Notes under the pieces: generated by a model
Database searches by the model: none
What the model saw: only the letters and a program-made list of their open reading frames with translations
Told to the model about the DNA's origin: nothing
Shown: positions 1-15,171 of the stretch, in pieces
Position numbering within the stretch: the first letter of the stretch is position 1
Layout: every line of letters begins with the position of its first letter
NCBI RefSeq assembly: GCF_009914755.1
Contig: NC_060942.1
Direction: 5' to 3' (one strand)
DNA length: 64,000 bases
Source of the DNA: the human T2T-CHM13v2.0 reference genome, Homo sapiens
Made by a program: the position numbers and the translations under genes

Positions 1-315
1 AGAGAAGAAAATCATTTTGATCGCTGTGCTGTTTCTTAAAAGCAAAACGTGAAACTCCCATGTAAATAACACCCTCTCTACACTAAAAGGAATAGCAACA
101 TTCTTATCTTCAAGGACAAAGAGTCAAGACCAAGAAAATACTATGCAGACCTTGGTAGGCTAACTCTTAGCTTGTGGGCCTCCTGATATCATTTAGTCAC
201 ATTTCACAGTTGACTATCCTTTTGCCAATACAGGATATTGGTATCGGATTCAAACTGCTTTATCCAAAATTTGGTTCACAGCCTTTATAAGATTACCTAT
301 TTAAATAAATCTTAC

Positions 316-522
316 CCTGAGCAACATAATGAGACCCTGTCTCTATAAAAATTTAGAAATTAGCCAGGTATGGTAGCTACATGCCTGAGGTCCCAGCTAC
401 TCAGGAGGCTGAGGGAGGAGGATCACTTGAGCCCAGAAGGTCAAGGCTACAGTGAGCTGTAGTCACATCGCTGCACTCCAGCCTGGGTGACAAAACGAGA
501 CTCTGTCTCAACAAAATAAAAG
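316..522 (+). mobile_element. 5'-truncated AluJ
   Basis: End of the left arm, A-linker, right arm (GGAGGATCACTTGAGCCCAG, J-type) and A-tail. AAATCTTA occurs on both flanks. Confidence 0.85.
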
Positions 523-2374
523 AGAAATCTTAAAGTTTGACCCTATCCCATTTTGTCAGAAAAATAATCTGGATCCAACTGTCTTTATATTATAAACTGG
601 TGAGTGTACATGTTTTATAATCTCATAACTGAAATTCTAAAGTAAAAGCTATACAATCTCTCTGTGTATGTATATGTGTTTAGAATGTGTTTATACATAT
701 GTAAATGTATTATGTTGTATGTTGTGTCAACATAATAAAATCTGGCATAGTCATCAAGAAATCCCTTAAGAAATTTTATTCCAATTGATTTAAATAAATG
801 AGTGCTCATATAAAATATATGCTAACTAACCCAAATGTTTATTTTTAGTTCACATGACTTAAGTAAATCTTTGATAAATTAATTGGTTTTTAAACTTTTG
901 GTAAATTAGAAATATCTTCAAAATTGTCAACATATATTTTTGCCTGAGCTTACTGGTCAGACAGTAAACATCTGCTAAATGTTTTAAGGTCATGAACCTA
1001 TGAACCCAGCCTAAAACAAAATGATCTTGTTTATGCAATTCGTTGATAAATAAGATCAATTTAATGTTATTGATTTAATAAAAACAGTTGTCTTCTGAGT
1101 TATCATTAAGATACCCATGTATTTAACTTTAAGGTTTACTTAGGTAAATACCTGGTATTAACAGGATGTAAAATTGGTTAATAAAAAAAAACTTGAAATA
1201 ATAACTAGCTCTAATATCTCACTTTTCATAAGTAATCCAGGTATAGTAATTTTAAAAATAAATGTTAGGTAATGGTAAATGGAATAAAGTTTACAAATGA
1301 AATTTTCATATAATTTAAAATATTAAATTTATATTATTGTTAAATAATAAATCATTAAGTTTCTGGGTCGTATCCAAATAAGATAAAAACTGAAACAAAT
1401 TGCTGAATAAATATAAGTCCCTTCTTGCGTCCTTAAATTTTATAAAAAGACCAAATATACTTAGGTCTAATAATCAAAATATAAATTTAAAGAAAAAAAT
1501 TTGTATGAGAAAGAATCTTATATAGTAAGTTGTTGTCCTAAGATAAAATGATTGGTTGTCCCAAAGTTTTTTTAAAAAGAGAAAAATTGTAGGACTGAGA
1601 CTGAGGATTGGGGAAAATGATAAAGGTCTAAACAAGTTTAAAAAGATTTATAAAGAATGGGTCTTAGGAAGGACATTTTATGTGTGACTGGGTTTAAAGA
1701 GATTGGGAAAAATTTGCTTGTTTTTCTAAAATTTCTAAAAATTAAATGTTAGTGTGAGGGGTGCACTGATACAGGACCAGAGTCTAGTCCTCTATATTTA
1801 AAACAACAAGGTTTTTTTGAAATATTGATCTGCTCTTTAAAAAATTACAACAGGTTTTGATTTTTATTTATAAAATCTGTTTAACAGCCATCTTCTAAAC
1901 TGCGCAATTCCTATTCCTAACACTTTTCTTCATGAGATCCTTTTAGTTTCCCTAGTTTCAAGTTTAAAATGTTGTCCTCTTCATTTAAAATGGTAATTTG
2001 ATTTCTTTAGGTAAAGTTTTCCTTTTAAAATTTCTCAGATTCCTGTCTCAGAGGTTAATCTTTGCTGTATCTCCCTGCATGTGATTTATAGGTCAGACAT
2101 CACTGCCTTCAGCTTGTTCTCCCCTTGAGAAGGACTGGGATGACAACTCTCTACTTCAACTTTTTTTTTTCAGATCCTGTAACTTGTCAGTACAATTCTA
2201 ACTCAGCTGTTATGGCCTGACAGTGAAATGTTTATCTTGAAGGCTTGGAAAAGCAATGTTTTCATGCAGTATAACTTGATTCTGTCCTCATGAATTGCTA
2301 CATACATAACCTTGGACACATTTTTCCTGTATCTGATCAAGTAACCTTTCATCAGATTTCACTTCCAGGTTATC

Positions 2375-2682
2375 TTTTTGTTTCTTTGTTTTTTGTTTTT
2401 GTTTGTTTGAGACAGGGACTTGCTCTGTTGCCTAGGCTTGAGTGCAATGGTGTGATCATAACTCACAGCTTCAACCTCTTGAGCTCAAGGAATCCTCTGG
2501 CCTCAGCCTCCTGAGTGGCTGGGACCACAGACACGTGTCACCACACCCGGCTAATTTTGTTTATTTCTTGTAGAGACAAGGTCTCACTAGGTTGCCCAGG
2601 CTGATCTCCTGGGCTCAAACGATCCTACCACCTGGATCTCCCAAAGTGCCTGGGTTACAGGCATGAGGTGCCGTGCCCAGCC
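2375..2682 (-). mobile_element. AluJ
   Basis: Reverse-complement Alu dimer with a T-rich tail. TSD ACTTCCAGGTTA on both sides. Confidence 0.9.
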
Positions 2683-2884
2683 TACTTCCAGGTTACCTAA
2701 ATGAGCTTCCTATAAAAAGGAACAATCAGACTGCAGAAGGGTTTTTTTTTTTTTTTACCTTTTTGGTAGCTTGCCTAAGAAACAGAGTGTATAGTTTATC
2801 AATATAATTTCCTGTGTTGCCTTTATTAGGTTTTTGATTACTTAAAAACTAAACAAAACAAAAACTAAGCTTTAAAAGAATTAA

Positions 2885-3325
<441 letters not shown>

Positions 3326-3831
3326 TAGACTAGATCCTAAGTTCTAGGTTCATCCCATCCAACTTTCTAATATAAAATTACTAAAACAGGTACTGCTGTA
3401 TTCTGAAGCCCTATATAAACTTAAACTAAATAAATTTTAAGGAACAAGTCTTGTGCCTGATGTAGAGGCCACACAGAAAGTTCACCAAACTGCCCAAAGC
3501 TGTAACTAGAGACATTCAAATTGCAAACCAGGATGAGAAACTGACATTTTTCACGTTGTAGACAGCTTTTCTCAAGATACGGGAACAAGGCTCCCTACCA
3601 CATGGAATCTCGCCCCTTTTTCTACCTTTCTGACTTGACAAAATAATGCTGCAATTAAAATTTCCCAATTAGTAAATGCTATAGGTAACTTGACAAACTC
3701 CAGCCTAAGAAATCCTTTCAGTTCATCTAGTTGGCAACCTTGACAATATCCCTGACATGACTGTGTATTCAAATTGTACTGCTGATCCCTTTAGTAGAGT
3801 TGTCATTGTTCGCTTTAATTCAACCCAGTCA

Positions 3832-4637
3832 ACCACAAAAGACCCCAAACAGCCAAAGCAATCCTGAGCAAAAAGAGCAAAGCTGGAGGCATCTCACTAC
3901 CTGACTTCAAAATTTACTATAAAACTATAGTAACCAAATCAGCATGGTACTGGCATAGAAACAGACACACAGACTGATGGAACACAACAGAGAACCCAGG
4001 TATAAATCCATGCACTTATAGCCAACTTATCTTCAACAAAATGCACCAAGAACATACAATGGGGAAAGGACATTCGCTTCAATAAATGGTGCTGGGGAAA
4101 CTGGATATCCATATGCAGAGGAATGAAACTGGACCCGTATCTCTCACCATACACAGAAATCAAATCAAAATGGATTAAAGACAAAAATCTAAGACCTGAA
4201 ACTATGAAGCTACTAGAAGAAAACATTGAAGAAATGCTCCAGAACATTAGTCTGGGCAAAGATTTTCTTTGTAAGACCTCAAAAGCACAGACAACCAAAT
4301 CAAAAATAGACAAATGGGATTATACCAAGCTAAAAACTTTCTGTACAGCGAAAGGAACCATCAACAAAGTGAAGAGACAACCCACAGAATGGGGGAAAAC
4401 ATTTTCAAACTATCCATCTGACAAATATGTAAGGAGCTCAAGCAATTCAACACCAACACCACTAACATAGCTAGAAGAGAATAATTCAAATATTTCTAAG
4501 CATGAAGACATATTTAAAGCGATGGATATCTCCAGTAGACTAATTTTGATCTTTACAAATTATATCAATCTATTAAATTATCACATGTGCTACAAACTAC
4601 GTACATGTAGCATGCATCAATTAAAAATAAAAAAATA
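3832..4637 (+). mobile_element. 5'-truncated, internally deleted L1 (L1MA-like)
   Basis: ORF 4123-4470 ([20 protein letters not shown]...[14 protein letters not shown]) is L1 ORF2 C-terminal sequence, followed by an L1MA-like 3' end and A-rich tail. 15-bp TSD AATTCAAC[C/A]CAGTCA at 3817-3831 and 4638-4652. Confidence 0.85.
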
Positions 4638-5146
4638 AATTCAACACAGTCATAAAACGCTACTCAATGGCTACGACAGGTTTCACCAAGTTTCTCCCAT
4701 GGTCTTCAGGTTTCTTTAGTTGATTACCTTCAAAATTAGGTTTGAGGTTTTGAATTATTATTCAAACTAGATTTATTACATTGTTGCTAATTATTTTTTG
4801 CATTATGATTTCTACACATTGTTCTCATTTCCTGTCTAATATTTGTAAAGTCGACTCTCCTAATAGAATAATGTTGGCTCAACACCTGGAGATGACTGCC
4901 GATGCCTATGAAACTGACAAGCAGGAATTTGATGCTGGATTCCAAACAAATCTGAGAAAAATTTTCCTTCTGGCCTCTTTGTTACTCAGATATGGCCCAG
5001 ATCCCTGATATAGACCCCCATACCTTCCCCCTATTGTAGGACAGAGACAACTAGGATAGGTCCTACTATCAAGGGACAATTAACCTAACTTCAAAATAGT
5101 TTGTCACCAATACTTTCAGAAACAGGTTTTGATCAAAAGGGGGAAA

Positions 5147-5622
5147 TGTGAAAGTTAATCACATAAACTGGGTCATTCTTGTCATAACCAACTAAGACAG
5201 AGTCAAGAAGCCAGGAGGACAAAGTACTCAGGGAACACAACATTGCTCCAAGCATATTAATCTCTGAAAGCCTGGCTGCTGAAGCCACGTGCCATAACCT
5301 GCAACCAGTTTTATTTAATGGCTACTGAAACCACCTCCTCCAACTCTAAGACTAGTTCTACCCTCTGCCATCACTCACCAATCAGGGCTTGCCAGTTCCC
5401 CAAAACTTTACTAGTGCCAAAAAACTTTCTTTTAAAGCAATACCTAACTTTCCTCCTTCTTATGAAACCTCCAACCTTCTCTTTGTTCTTCACACATAAC
5501 AAAGACCACCCAGTCTGTGTGCATACCCCAACTATAGTGTATACCCCAACTATAATTCTTTCTTCCCAAATAAAACATTTTAAATATAGAAATTCATCTC
5601 TGTAGTTTACTCAACTTCAACA
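5147..5622 (+). mobile_element. ERV1 3' LTR (LTR47-like)
   Basis: TG...CA termini, preceded by a PPT, with AATAAA at 5569-5574. Resembles LTR47 (GGGTCATTCTTGTCATA..CAACTAAGACAGAGTC) from memory. Confidence 0.75.
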
Positions 5623-6720
5623 TATAGACATCTGTGTTCATAAATATACAAACAGACTTTCCTTAGCTCTGTCCACTGAGAGGGCCTGGGAGCAATGACA
5701 TCCTAATAGCAATGAACACACCTAGCCCTGGCCACATAAAAAGAGCCACAGCTCTTTAGAGAAATGACTGATTCAACGTCTGGGGCAAGGAGAGTTCAAG
5801 ATAAGCCTAAAACATCTTGTGTCAGAAAACGTCGAAGTGCTCGAAGAATAATAGAAACAATCAAAAGGACACCAAAACCAGCTTGAAGGGGACTCACTGG
5901 CCAAACTGGGGACAACCTTAGCACCAAAATAATGAAAAAAAAGGATTAAAATCCACTGAATAAAATAAGAAGCCATGAGTCCATTAAGAAATAAATAAAA
6001 AGAAATTTGTAAAAAAAAAATGATATTTCTAGTTTTGAATTACCACCCTATAAAACACTTACTAATTCCAAAGGAAAAATTGTGACTTTATAGTGGAAAA
6101 ACCTGGAAGACACTACCTTAATCAAGAAATCAAAGTTATCCTCATAAATGGGACATCCCAAAATCATGTGACATCTACTGTGATGCAGTGGCGACGGAAG
6201 CATCCCTTCTGTGATATTTCCCCCAAGATACATAACCTGAATTTAATCATGAGGCAGTATCAGACAAATCCAAACTGACAGACATTTTACAAAATAATTG
6301 GCCTGTAATCTTCAAGAGTGTCCAGGTCATAAAAGTTCAGGAAAGGCTGAGGAACTGTTCCAGATTGAGGGGACGGGAGATACACAACAATTTAATGTGA
6401 CATATGATTCTGAGCTAATCCGTTTCCTATAAAGGATGTTACTGGAGTAACTGGTGAAACTTGAAATGAGGCTTGAAGCTTGGATGGGAGTAATGTATCA
6501 ATGCTAATTTCCTGCTTGGAAGGATTGGTCGTACTGTGGTTGGGCAGGGCATGTTCTTATATGTAGGAAATACATAATAATGTATCGGGGGTGATGAGGT
6601 ATCGGATTGACAACTTACTCTCTAATTCAGGAGAAAAAAAAATCTTTGTCCTGTATTTGCAGCCTTTTTTATAAGTTTGATATAAAAAGTTTCCAATCTT
6701 TACAAAATATCAATTAAAAA
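5623..6720 (+). mobile_element. Old L1 3' region (L1MC/L1MD-like)
   Basis: Motifs such as CTCTGTCCACTGAGAGGGCCTGGGAGCAATGAC and GGAAAAACCTGGAAGACACTACCTTAATCAAG are typical of L1MC/MD 3'UTRs. Confidence 0.65.
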
Positions 6721-7458
6721 AGGAGAAGAAGATCACTCTGTGGCGCTAAGAGAGAGCACACAGGGAGATGATGCAGTCATTTAAAATAGGCATGTCAGCA
6801 AATAAGCTCATGGTCCAAATATTCACATGAAAAGTTTAGGTCTGAGCGAGCATTAAAATGCACCAAAGTGGCAGCTTCAATTTCAGCAGCAGAAGGTAAT
6901 TATGCTGAGCAAAAATCAAATATGCTTTAAAAAATCAAGCATGTTAATGAAAAGAATCCTTTATTCAAACTCAAAATGAAACAGAAACCTCTGGCTTTAG
7001 GAAGAGAATGAGCAAAACCCACAGGAAGGAAGATGGGGATGTTTACTCAGCAGGAGACGGTGTCTGGCCACCACCAGGCCCTCCCTACGTAAGTGCACTG
7101 CCTACAGGGCTTGAAGGCTTCCCAAATGTCTCCACTAGAACTAAGTGCTGCTCTGTGACATTGTCTTTTGCTCAATCAATCAAAACAAAACAAAACAAAA
7201 CAAAACAGGGTACTCAGTCCCTTTTCCAGAGTTCAGCACTCTTACTATCCACCAGGGACCTCTAATCACAGATGTAGGAGAGACTTAGTATTGTCTTCAG
7301 AGGGGGTTCCTCTGTAGGATGGCATGAAGGCGTTAATAATCTGAAGGTGTCACAGGAAGTTCTTTAATAAGGCAAAGATTTTAATACGGTGTTTGCTTTC
7401 ATATATTAATGAATTCCTCCGGCACATAAAAACTGTTTTCATAAAACAGCCTTTAAGA

Positions 7459-7745
<287 letters not shown>

Positions 7746-7774
7746 AAAACAACAGCAACAACAACAACAACAAC

Positions 7775-7840
<66 letters not shown>
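7746..7840. repeat. Compound microsatellite (CAA)n-(CT)n-(AT)n
   Basis: Directly visible consecutive CAA, CT and AT arrays. Confidence 0.95.
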
Positions 7841-7841
<1 letters not shown>

Positions 7842-8253
7842 CAGCCTTTATGAATACAAGCACTTGGCCTATCTTTGTGCTTTATACAATTTAATTCATT
7901 GATGCTATTACTGATTGACTCCAGGAAGAAAACAAACATGTTCCTTCCCTTTATAAGCATCTTTATTCCCAGCACGAATTCACCCAAAAGAGACAGAATC
8001 CTACGGAGGGGGGCCCTTGAATCAGAAAAGTAGAAAGCTTAGCTCTTATAAACCAGTATCAAGAGCAAAGAAATTATTTGAACATACTGAAAACTACTTG
8101 TTAGAAAGTAGTGTTTTCATTAAAATGCACGTGGAGGCTTCAATTATTGAAGTGCCCCTGCAAAAAGTTCTTTACTTAGAAAGAAGTCCCCTGTTAATCC
8201 TCCACTGAGTGTCATGGCTCAGTGGAAATATAATTCTTTAGGTTCAAAGTAGC

Positions 8254-8375
8254 TGATATGGTTTGAATCTGTGTCCCCACTAAATCTCATGTACAACTGT
8301 AATCTCCAGTGCTGGAGGTGGGCCTGGTGGGAGGTGACTAGATCATGGGGGCAGAGTTCTCATGAACGGTTCAGC
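8254..8375 (+). mobile_element. MaLR LTR 5' fragment (MST-like)
   Basis: TGATATGGTTTGAATCTGTGTCCCCAC...GGTGGGAGGTGACTAGATCATGGGGGC is an MST/THE1 LTR start. Truncated after about 120 bp. Confidence 0.75.
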
Positions 8376-9764
8376 CTAAATATTTAACTGTTTACTTAAT
8401 GATAGTAAATGGCATCTGTATTAATAGGACTTGAATAAAGTAAAACTGATTTGGTTTTCCCCTTTTTATTGTTAATACCCATTCTCAGGTAAGGAATTAC
8501 CTCAGTGGGAATGAACAGGTCCCTCACAAAGTGTAGAAAATACCAACATTAGATCCACTGACATATAATTACTTTGCAAGAAAGTGCTTCTCTCATTACA
8601 CCCGGGAAGTAAACTAGCTCCTCCAACAAAAGACTCCAGGATACTATTCAAGGAGTCACCTTTGAAGCTTCTAGAATCATTTAATAAGCCATATCCCCCG
8701 GCACCAAAACTACTCCCTGATAATAAGTTAACCACTTTTAGAATCTGTGCTTCTTCAGGCCTTTTAGCTAATTAATACTCTAGAGCTTTAGTAAATTATG
8801 ACTTCAGTATAGTAAAGGATAGATTTTATTGGTCTGATTGGACTGATTCTATGCCTTCTTAAAAGACATCTAACTTAGGTAGGAGATTTGGCATATTACG
8901 TAACTGATTATTTTTTAAAAAACCAAATTGCCCTAGGATATGCTGAGAAGAAATAAAATAGAGAGAAAAATACAAAATAAGAAAAGTTAAGAAGATAATG
9001 AGGTTTTGAAGGAGTCAGCCAGAAGAAAGCCCCTCCAGGCAGAGAAAGCACTTCTTCAGACAGTAAGTTCTAGACTGCATGTTCTATACAGCTGCAGCAA
9101 AGCAGACAGGGGTCCTGGTGGCAGGTGACAAACAAGTGCCAGGTGGTGAGGGGTCTCCAGTAACATTCTAGGGAAGGGGGGTTATGAGGCACTCCAGTAA
9201 CAGAATTTCAGATAAATCTTAGTTGGGGAAAAGAGGGTATAGAAAGACTGAAAAGTGACCAGGAACTAATCAAAGGTGGGGAGACATTATTTGAGAGATG
9301 TCAAGAAGGATGAGTTGAGAAAAGGCACTGGGTTGGAGTCACAGGTAAATGGGAGGGAGGAGTAAGGATGTCTCCAGGACTCTAGTTTGACTGCAGGTTG
9401 ATGATGGTGCTACAGGACGAGGGATTATAAGAGAAGCAGACTGAACACTGGGGAACAAAAGTGAGTTCGGTTTTAATGTCTAAGTCAATCTTCAAGTGGA
9501 AGAAAAATAAGAGCATGAAAGCTTCCATTGATTTGGGAGGTCCTTGGTTCCATCAATTAACACAATATTAGTGATTATCCATGAGGCGCTGGTGAGCTAC
9601 ACAAGAATAGTTTCAGTGCAATGATGATTATAGACACAGATGGTGGGGACATGGTGAGTTGATGGCAGATGAGGAAATACTGTTGCTCTTAAGAAACTTA
9701 GATGCTACTGGCGACTTCTGGACATGAGAGAACAAAACAAGAATAAACGGTAGAAGAAACCTAC

Positions 9765-10025
9765 ATGCAATGCTAAATACCAAGTGATATTCTGGGCTGT
9801 CTTGGGACAGAAAAAGGACACTAGTAGAAAAACTGGTGATATCTGAATGAAGTCTATAGTTTAGTGAATAGTGATGTCAATGTTACTTAGTTCTGACAAA
9901 TGTTCCATGGTCACCTAAGATATTAATGTTAGGAGAAACTGGGTGAAGGGTATGCAGGACTATTTCTACACTATATTTGCCACTTTTCTGTAATCCTAAA
10001 ATTTTTCCAAAAATAAAAGTTTACT
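9765..10025 (+). mobile_element. L1MC/MD-like 3' end fragment
   Basis: GGGACAGAAAAAGGACACTAG...GAAACTGGGTGAAGGGTATGCAGGAC...AATAAAAG. Confidence 0.6.
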
Positions 10026-10299
10026 CAGAAATATCTAAGAACAGATATTCCAACAACACTCCCTATTTTACAAATTAAAGTTTTTAGTTCAGGAGTTTCT
10101 GAATTTATTTTTAAATAATGTTTGTCTGATTACAACATGATTAAATACTACTTGCAATATAATAATTGGAAAATATAGACAATATACTTTTTATCTAACA
10201 ACTTAGAGATGATAATTGTTAACATCTTTTCTTACTCTACAGGTAAGTGAATTCATTTTAGCCATCATTCAGACCAGTCCCCTGGGGGTCTCTTCCCCT

Positions 10300-11050
10300 T
10301 AATATTTTATCATAAGCTTTTCCTCTTGTGTAATTTAAATTTCTTCAAAGCATTTAAGTGACTACATACTTGTCTACACACAATGTTGTACCTATTTCCT
10401 AAGTTGTTGGACATTTGGATTATTAATATTTCCAACTGTTCATTATTTACAAATAGTACCACAATGACTATCATATGCATAAATGGAATGCACATGCTGA
10501 TATCATTAGGAGAAATGTCAAAAAGTGGACTTGAAGGAAATGTTTACTCAGCACTTTTGATAAATACTGTCGGTATGTCCTCCAAACAACAGAACCTAAT
10601 TCTACTCCTAGTAGCAGTATGCCAAGACTCAGTCTCCCCCATCCCACCAGCAAGGAGTATGAGCAGTTTTTTTAAATTGTCGTTAATTTGGTAAGTTAAA
10701 AAATATCATCACTACTTATAAATTTATATTTATTTGCATTTTAATGAGACTAAATATTTTTAATATATTCATTTTTAGCCACTTTGATTTCTTCTTATCT
10801 GAATTACCTGTTTATGCCCTTTGCCTGTTTTTGGACTGAGATCTTGTGTATCTCATTATTTTTTTCTAATTCCTTTATCTATTATTGACCTTTCATTAGC
10901 TATAGTTGCGGATAATCTTTGCTAGTTTGTTGTTTCCCTTTTAATCTTGTTTATTATGATGTACTTTAATGTAGAGAGTTTAATTTAGATATGCATACAC
11001 CTAATTTTCTTTTACAATTTCTTATACTCCTTTTATGTTTATAAAATCCT
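10300..11050 (-). mobile_element. Highly diverged L1M fragment
   Basis: T-rich reverse L1 ORF2/3' motifs such as GTTGTTGGACATTTGGATT and TGTTTATGCCCTTTGCC. Confidence 0.5.
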
Positions 11051-11052
11051 CA

Positions 11053-11431
<379 letters not shown>

Positions 11432-11899
11432 TTACACATTTAGAAGGAGAGAAGCCAGTTCACTTGTTCAACTGAATAAATCTGTTGTTTTTATTTTAGA
11501 TATTCAAACGTAAAGGCATATAGGTCTGGGATTACACGGTGATTGGCAATACTAATTCTAAAATTTAATCACACACAGTCATTAAGAAGTAATACTTACT
11601 GAAACAAGCCTTCTCTTAGAGCTATCTTAGTTAAGTTTTTAGAATTACTATGAAGAGTTTATCTCAGAGAGTTTCCAAAATAATCAAAAACTCAATCTCA
11701 GCATGACTATGTCAGGGAAAATCTAGTTCAGCCAGTCTCCAAGAACACAGAGGGGTGTAGCAGACACCATTAATACTTTAATTATTAGCAGTTATTTTTT
11801 CCCATCCCATTTCTCATCAAGATTCTAGTTTTCTCTGCCTTTGTGTTAATAGCTACAAAGAAAGAAGAATGTTAATGTAGAAAGAACATAAAGGTAAAG

Positions 11900-12070
11900 T
11901 GAAATGAGCACAGGCTTTAGAACTTGCTAGATGTGGGTTCAAATTCTGGATGCACCACTAACCAGTTAAGTTTACCTCAAATAAGTCAAATGGCCTCTTA
12001 AAGCTTCATCAGCTGTAACACGGGCTTCAGTATCAGTCGCACAGACTGGGCACTCAATAAAATGTTTTAA
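11900..12070 (+). mobile_element. MIR remnant
   Basis: GGCTTTAGAAC..GGGTTCAAATTCTGG..CACCACTAACCAG core-like sequence. Confidence 0.5.
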
Positions 12071-12123
12071 CAATGATTTCCAAAGAAACACATGCTTGTT
12101 ATAAAATCACTACTAAGAATTAA

Positions 12124-12440
<317 letters not shown>

Positions 12441-14371
12441 TATTTTTCAATACAATTTTCTGTTCACATATAAATATACTATGTGTACATACACAGTTCT
12501 GTGTGGGGTTTTTGTTTAGTATTTTTTTTGTTACTATTTCTAAGACATGAGGTAAGAGACTAAATCTATTTTGTTTTATAAGCATCCTCAATAAAAAACT
12601 AAACTATTTTCATAGAGAAAAATCCCCATTATAATGCTAGCACAGTAAGCAATTTGGAAATTAGTTCCTTTGTCCTACTAAAAATGGTAAAAATATAAAT
12701 TACCTCAAAAAGCCCTCAAATAATCCAATTTGCACGACAACTAGCAGTTCATAGTATCTACATACACAAACCAAATCTCAACCTTTTCCTAAACATTTGT
12801 TATGTTCTACAGCTGGGGAAAACAGGAACAATATATTATCAGATTTAAAGAAGAGTCAGCCACGGTGCGAACTTTTGACAATGGACCATTAACTATAAAA
12901 CAAGTCCAACAATGAAAAAACACAGCAAAAAGTTACTTTCTGTTAAAACTGAAAAGCTTCCAACTGGACGCTCCCAGACTTGTTAAAAACAAGAACAAAT
13001 AAATAAAACCAAAAAGCTATTTGAGATAAATATATACCTGGATGTAATGAAACCGTAAATACTAAATCAGTAAAAAACGTTAGTTTGAAGGACTGAATAT
13101 TTTTACATTGTTGGCCTCAGTCTGCTTTTCTTTTTCTAGAGTAAATGTTTCGACCACAGAATAAGACAACCTAAAACAATTTACATTAGTGTGAAAATAT
13201 AGCTGCAGGGGAGATACAACAACATCATAAATCACAACCTCTCTCTGAGAAGAAAAAAATTGTTTTAAAAACCCCCTGCTGTTAGGGCCAGGTACAGTCC
13301 AATTCATTTCTAAAATCCCAGTGTTACATAACTGAGGTATATTTTGATAGAGCTGAACATCAAGTTATATAATTATCAAACTACTGCATTCTGTTTTGAT
13401 TTTTCAGCAAAGAACATGACAGGCCTGGGGAGGCGGCAAGAGAAGAAAAGAAATTTAAAGCACCACCCATTTGTTTAAAATAAAAAAACATAGCTTTTAT
13501 TTTTAAAATCATTTAGGGAGAAAAATCACAAATTCTCAATATTTCATCCCAAGACTAAGCCATAGAAAATGGACTTTAAAAATCTCAATTCTTATTTGTC
13601 ATTTTTTTCAAGGTATTTTTAGGTGTTTCCATTATTTAAAAATAAACACAAAAGCTTCCTCAACAAAATGTTAAGGTACTTTAAAAGTTAATTAGAGGAC
13701 CATTATCATATTTATATGCTTCCTTTCCGTAGATAATAACACAAATGTTGTTGGACATTCTACTACATTTGATAGAAAATTTAGTAACAGCTGTCTCCTT
13801 GTGTAGCAATAATCATAAAATATGTGGAATGTATATTTCCAGAAAATCGCATCTTCATCTGTTGGTTTAAATTTAAAGCATCAGAGAATTAGTTGAATAT
13901 GAAAAGGCTATTATCTAAAACCTATTGATGTATTAATAACCATAATGAGGAGTATTCATTTTAGAGAAAATGCACAATCTCCTCTACAACATGACTTCAA
14001 TACAATGCAATCATTAGAAGATCAAATCAGTCTGGGAAAAGCTCACACAAAGGATTATTAAAAAACTAAATAGCATCTCTTTATTTTCTTGTTCACAGAG
14101 AAAATTTACAAATAAGTTGTTTTATTTAAAGCCTTTTTAAAAGGCAAATAAATGAGATAACAAGAGCTTCAGATGTTTTTGAAGCATATATTTGAAAACC
14201 TTAGATGACACTGATAAAGTCTGCAGAAGAGTATGCAATACCCTGAATAAATGGTAGATATTATTATCACATATTTTAATTAATAAACCTAAAACAACTA
14301 AGCAATCTAATAAAAATTCACTTAAAATTTGTTCACTGTGAACTACCACTGTAAATATTGGTGATAATTAC

Positions 14372-14426
14372 CGTGACTCAAAGGGGTTGTGCTATCCTTG
14401 GGCTTCTTTTCCTCTTCAGCTTGCTC
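14372..14426 (-). CDS. L3MBTL4: L3MBTL4 coding exon (exon 4, 55 nt, EQAEEEKKPKDSTTPLSH + 1 nt)
   Basis: Minus strand reads ttttctgtattctag|GAGCAAGCT...AGTCACG|gtaatt. Canonical AG/GT sites, in phase 0 with the upstream exon, and the peptide matches my recollection of the L3MBTL4 N-terminus. Confidence 0.93.
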
Positions 14427-15171
14427 CTAGAATACAGAAAATGGTGTTTAGATGGTATTGCTGGATAATTGTTGGAAACACTGAAAACTAATGTTCCTTT
14501 TTGCAGGAAGGAAAGTTATGAAGATCCTCGTCACTGAGGCGGACAACGCACACAATACCCAGAGTCTTCCGGTGGGTGCCCAGGAGGGGTACACATGATC
14601 CATTTGGACGTGGAAGGAATCCATTAAAAGTATTGCTTCTGGCTAAAATAAAAGAGACAGGAAGCTTTGATAACAGTTAATATTGAGGTTGACACAGGTA
14701 CCTTCCCTGAGTGGATCCCTGGGCCTGACAGTCGCACAGGAGTGGCTGACAGAAGAGGCTTGGTCCTCACCGAAGCCAAGCCCTCCATCCTACTTTTGCT
14801 TTCAGCCTATCTGGGTCTACTACAGTTTGTAAGTACTCAGTTAAAATGCTTTAATTTTAACCAAACTGACCTTCATAGAATGGACAAGCGACTTCAAAAA
14901 TTCCTGAAAAGAAACCATGAATTGTGTATGATGAACAATACAAGCACACGCAGCAAGCAAGATGGTGCAGCCCCACCCCATGGCGCAAGCAAGGCATGCT
15001 CTTCCTGCAACTCTTGAAGGAACATTTACCATTCAACAAAGACTAGGAAAGTGGCTTTCTCTTTTGAAAGACACAATAACAAAGAGCATTTTGAAAGTGG
15101 GTATCCAGATATGTGTCTTCTTTATGTCATTTTGTGGCCATCAAAATGTATTCCACCTATTAAAAATTTGT

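Noticed and set aside
14667-15017. 116-aa + strand ORF antisense near exon 4
   Set aside because: It starts at TTG, has no recognisable domain and no supporting splice or promoter signals, and its length is compatible with chance.
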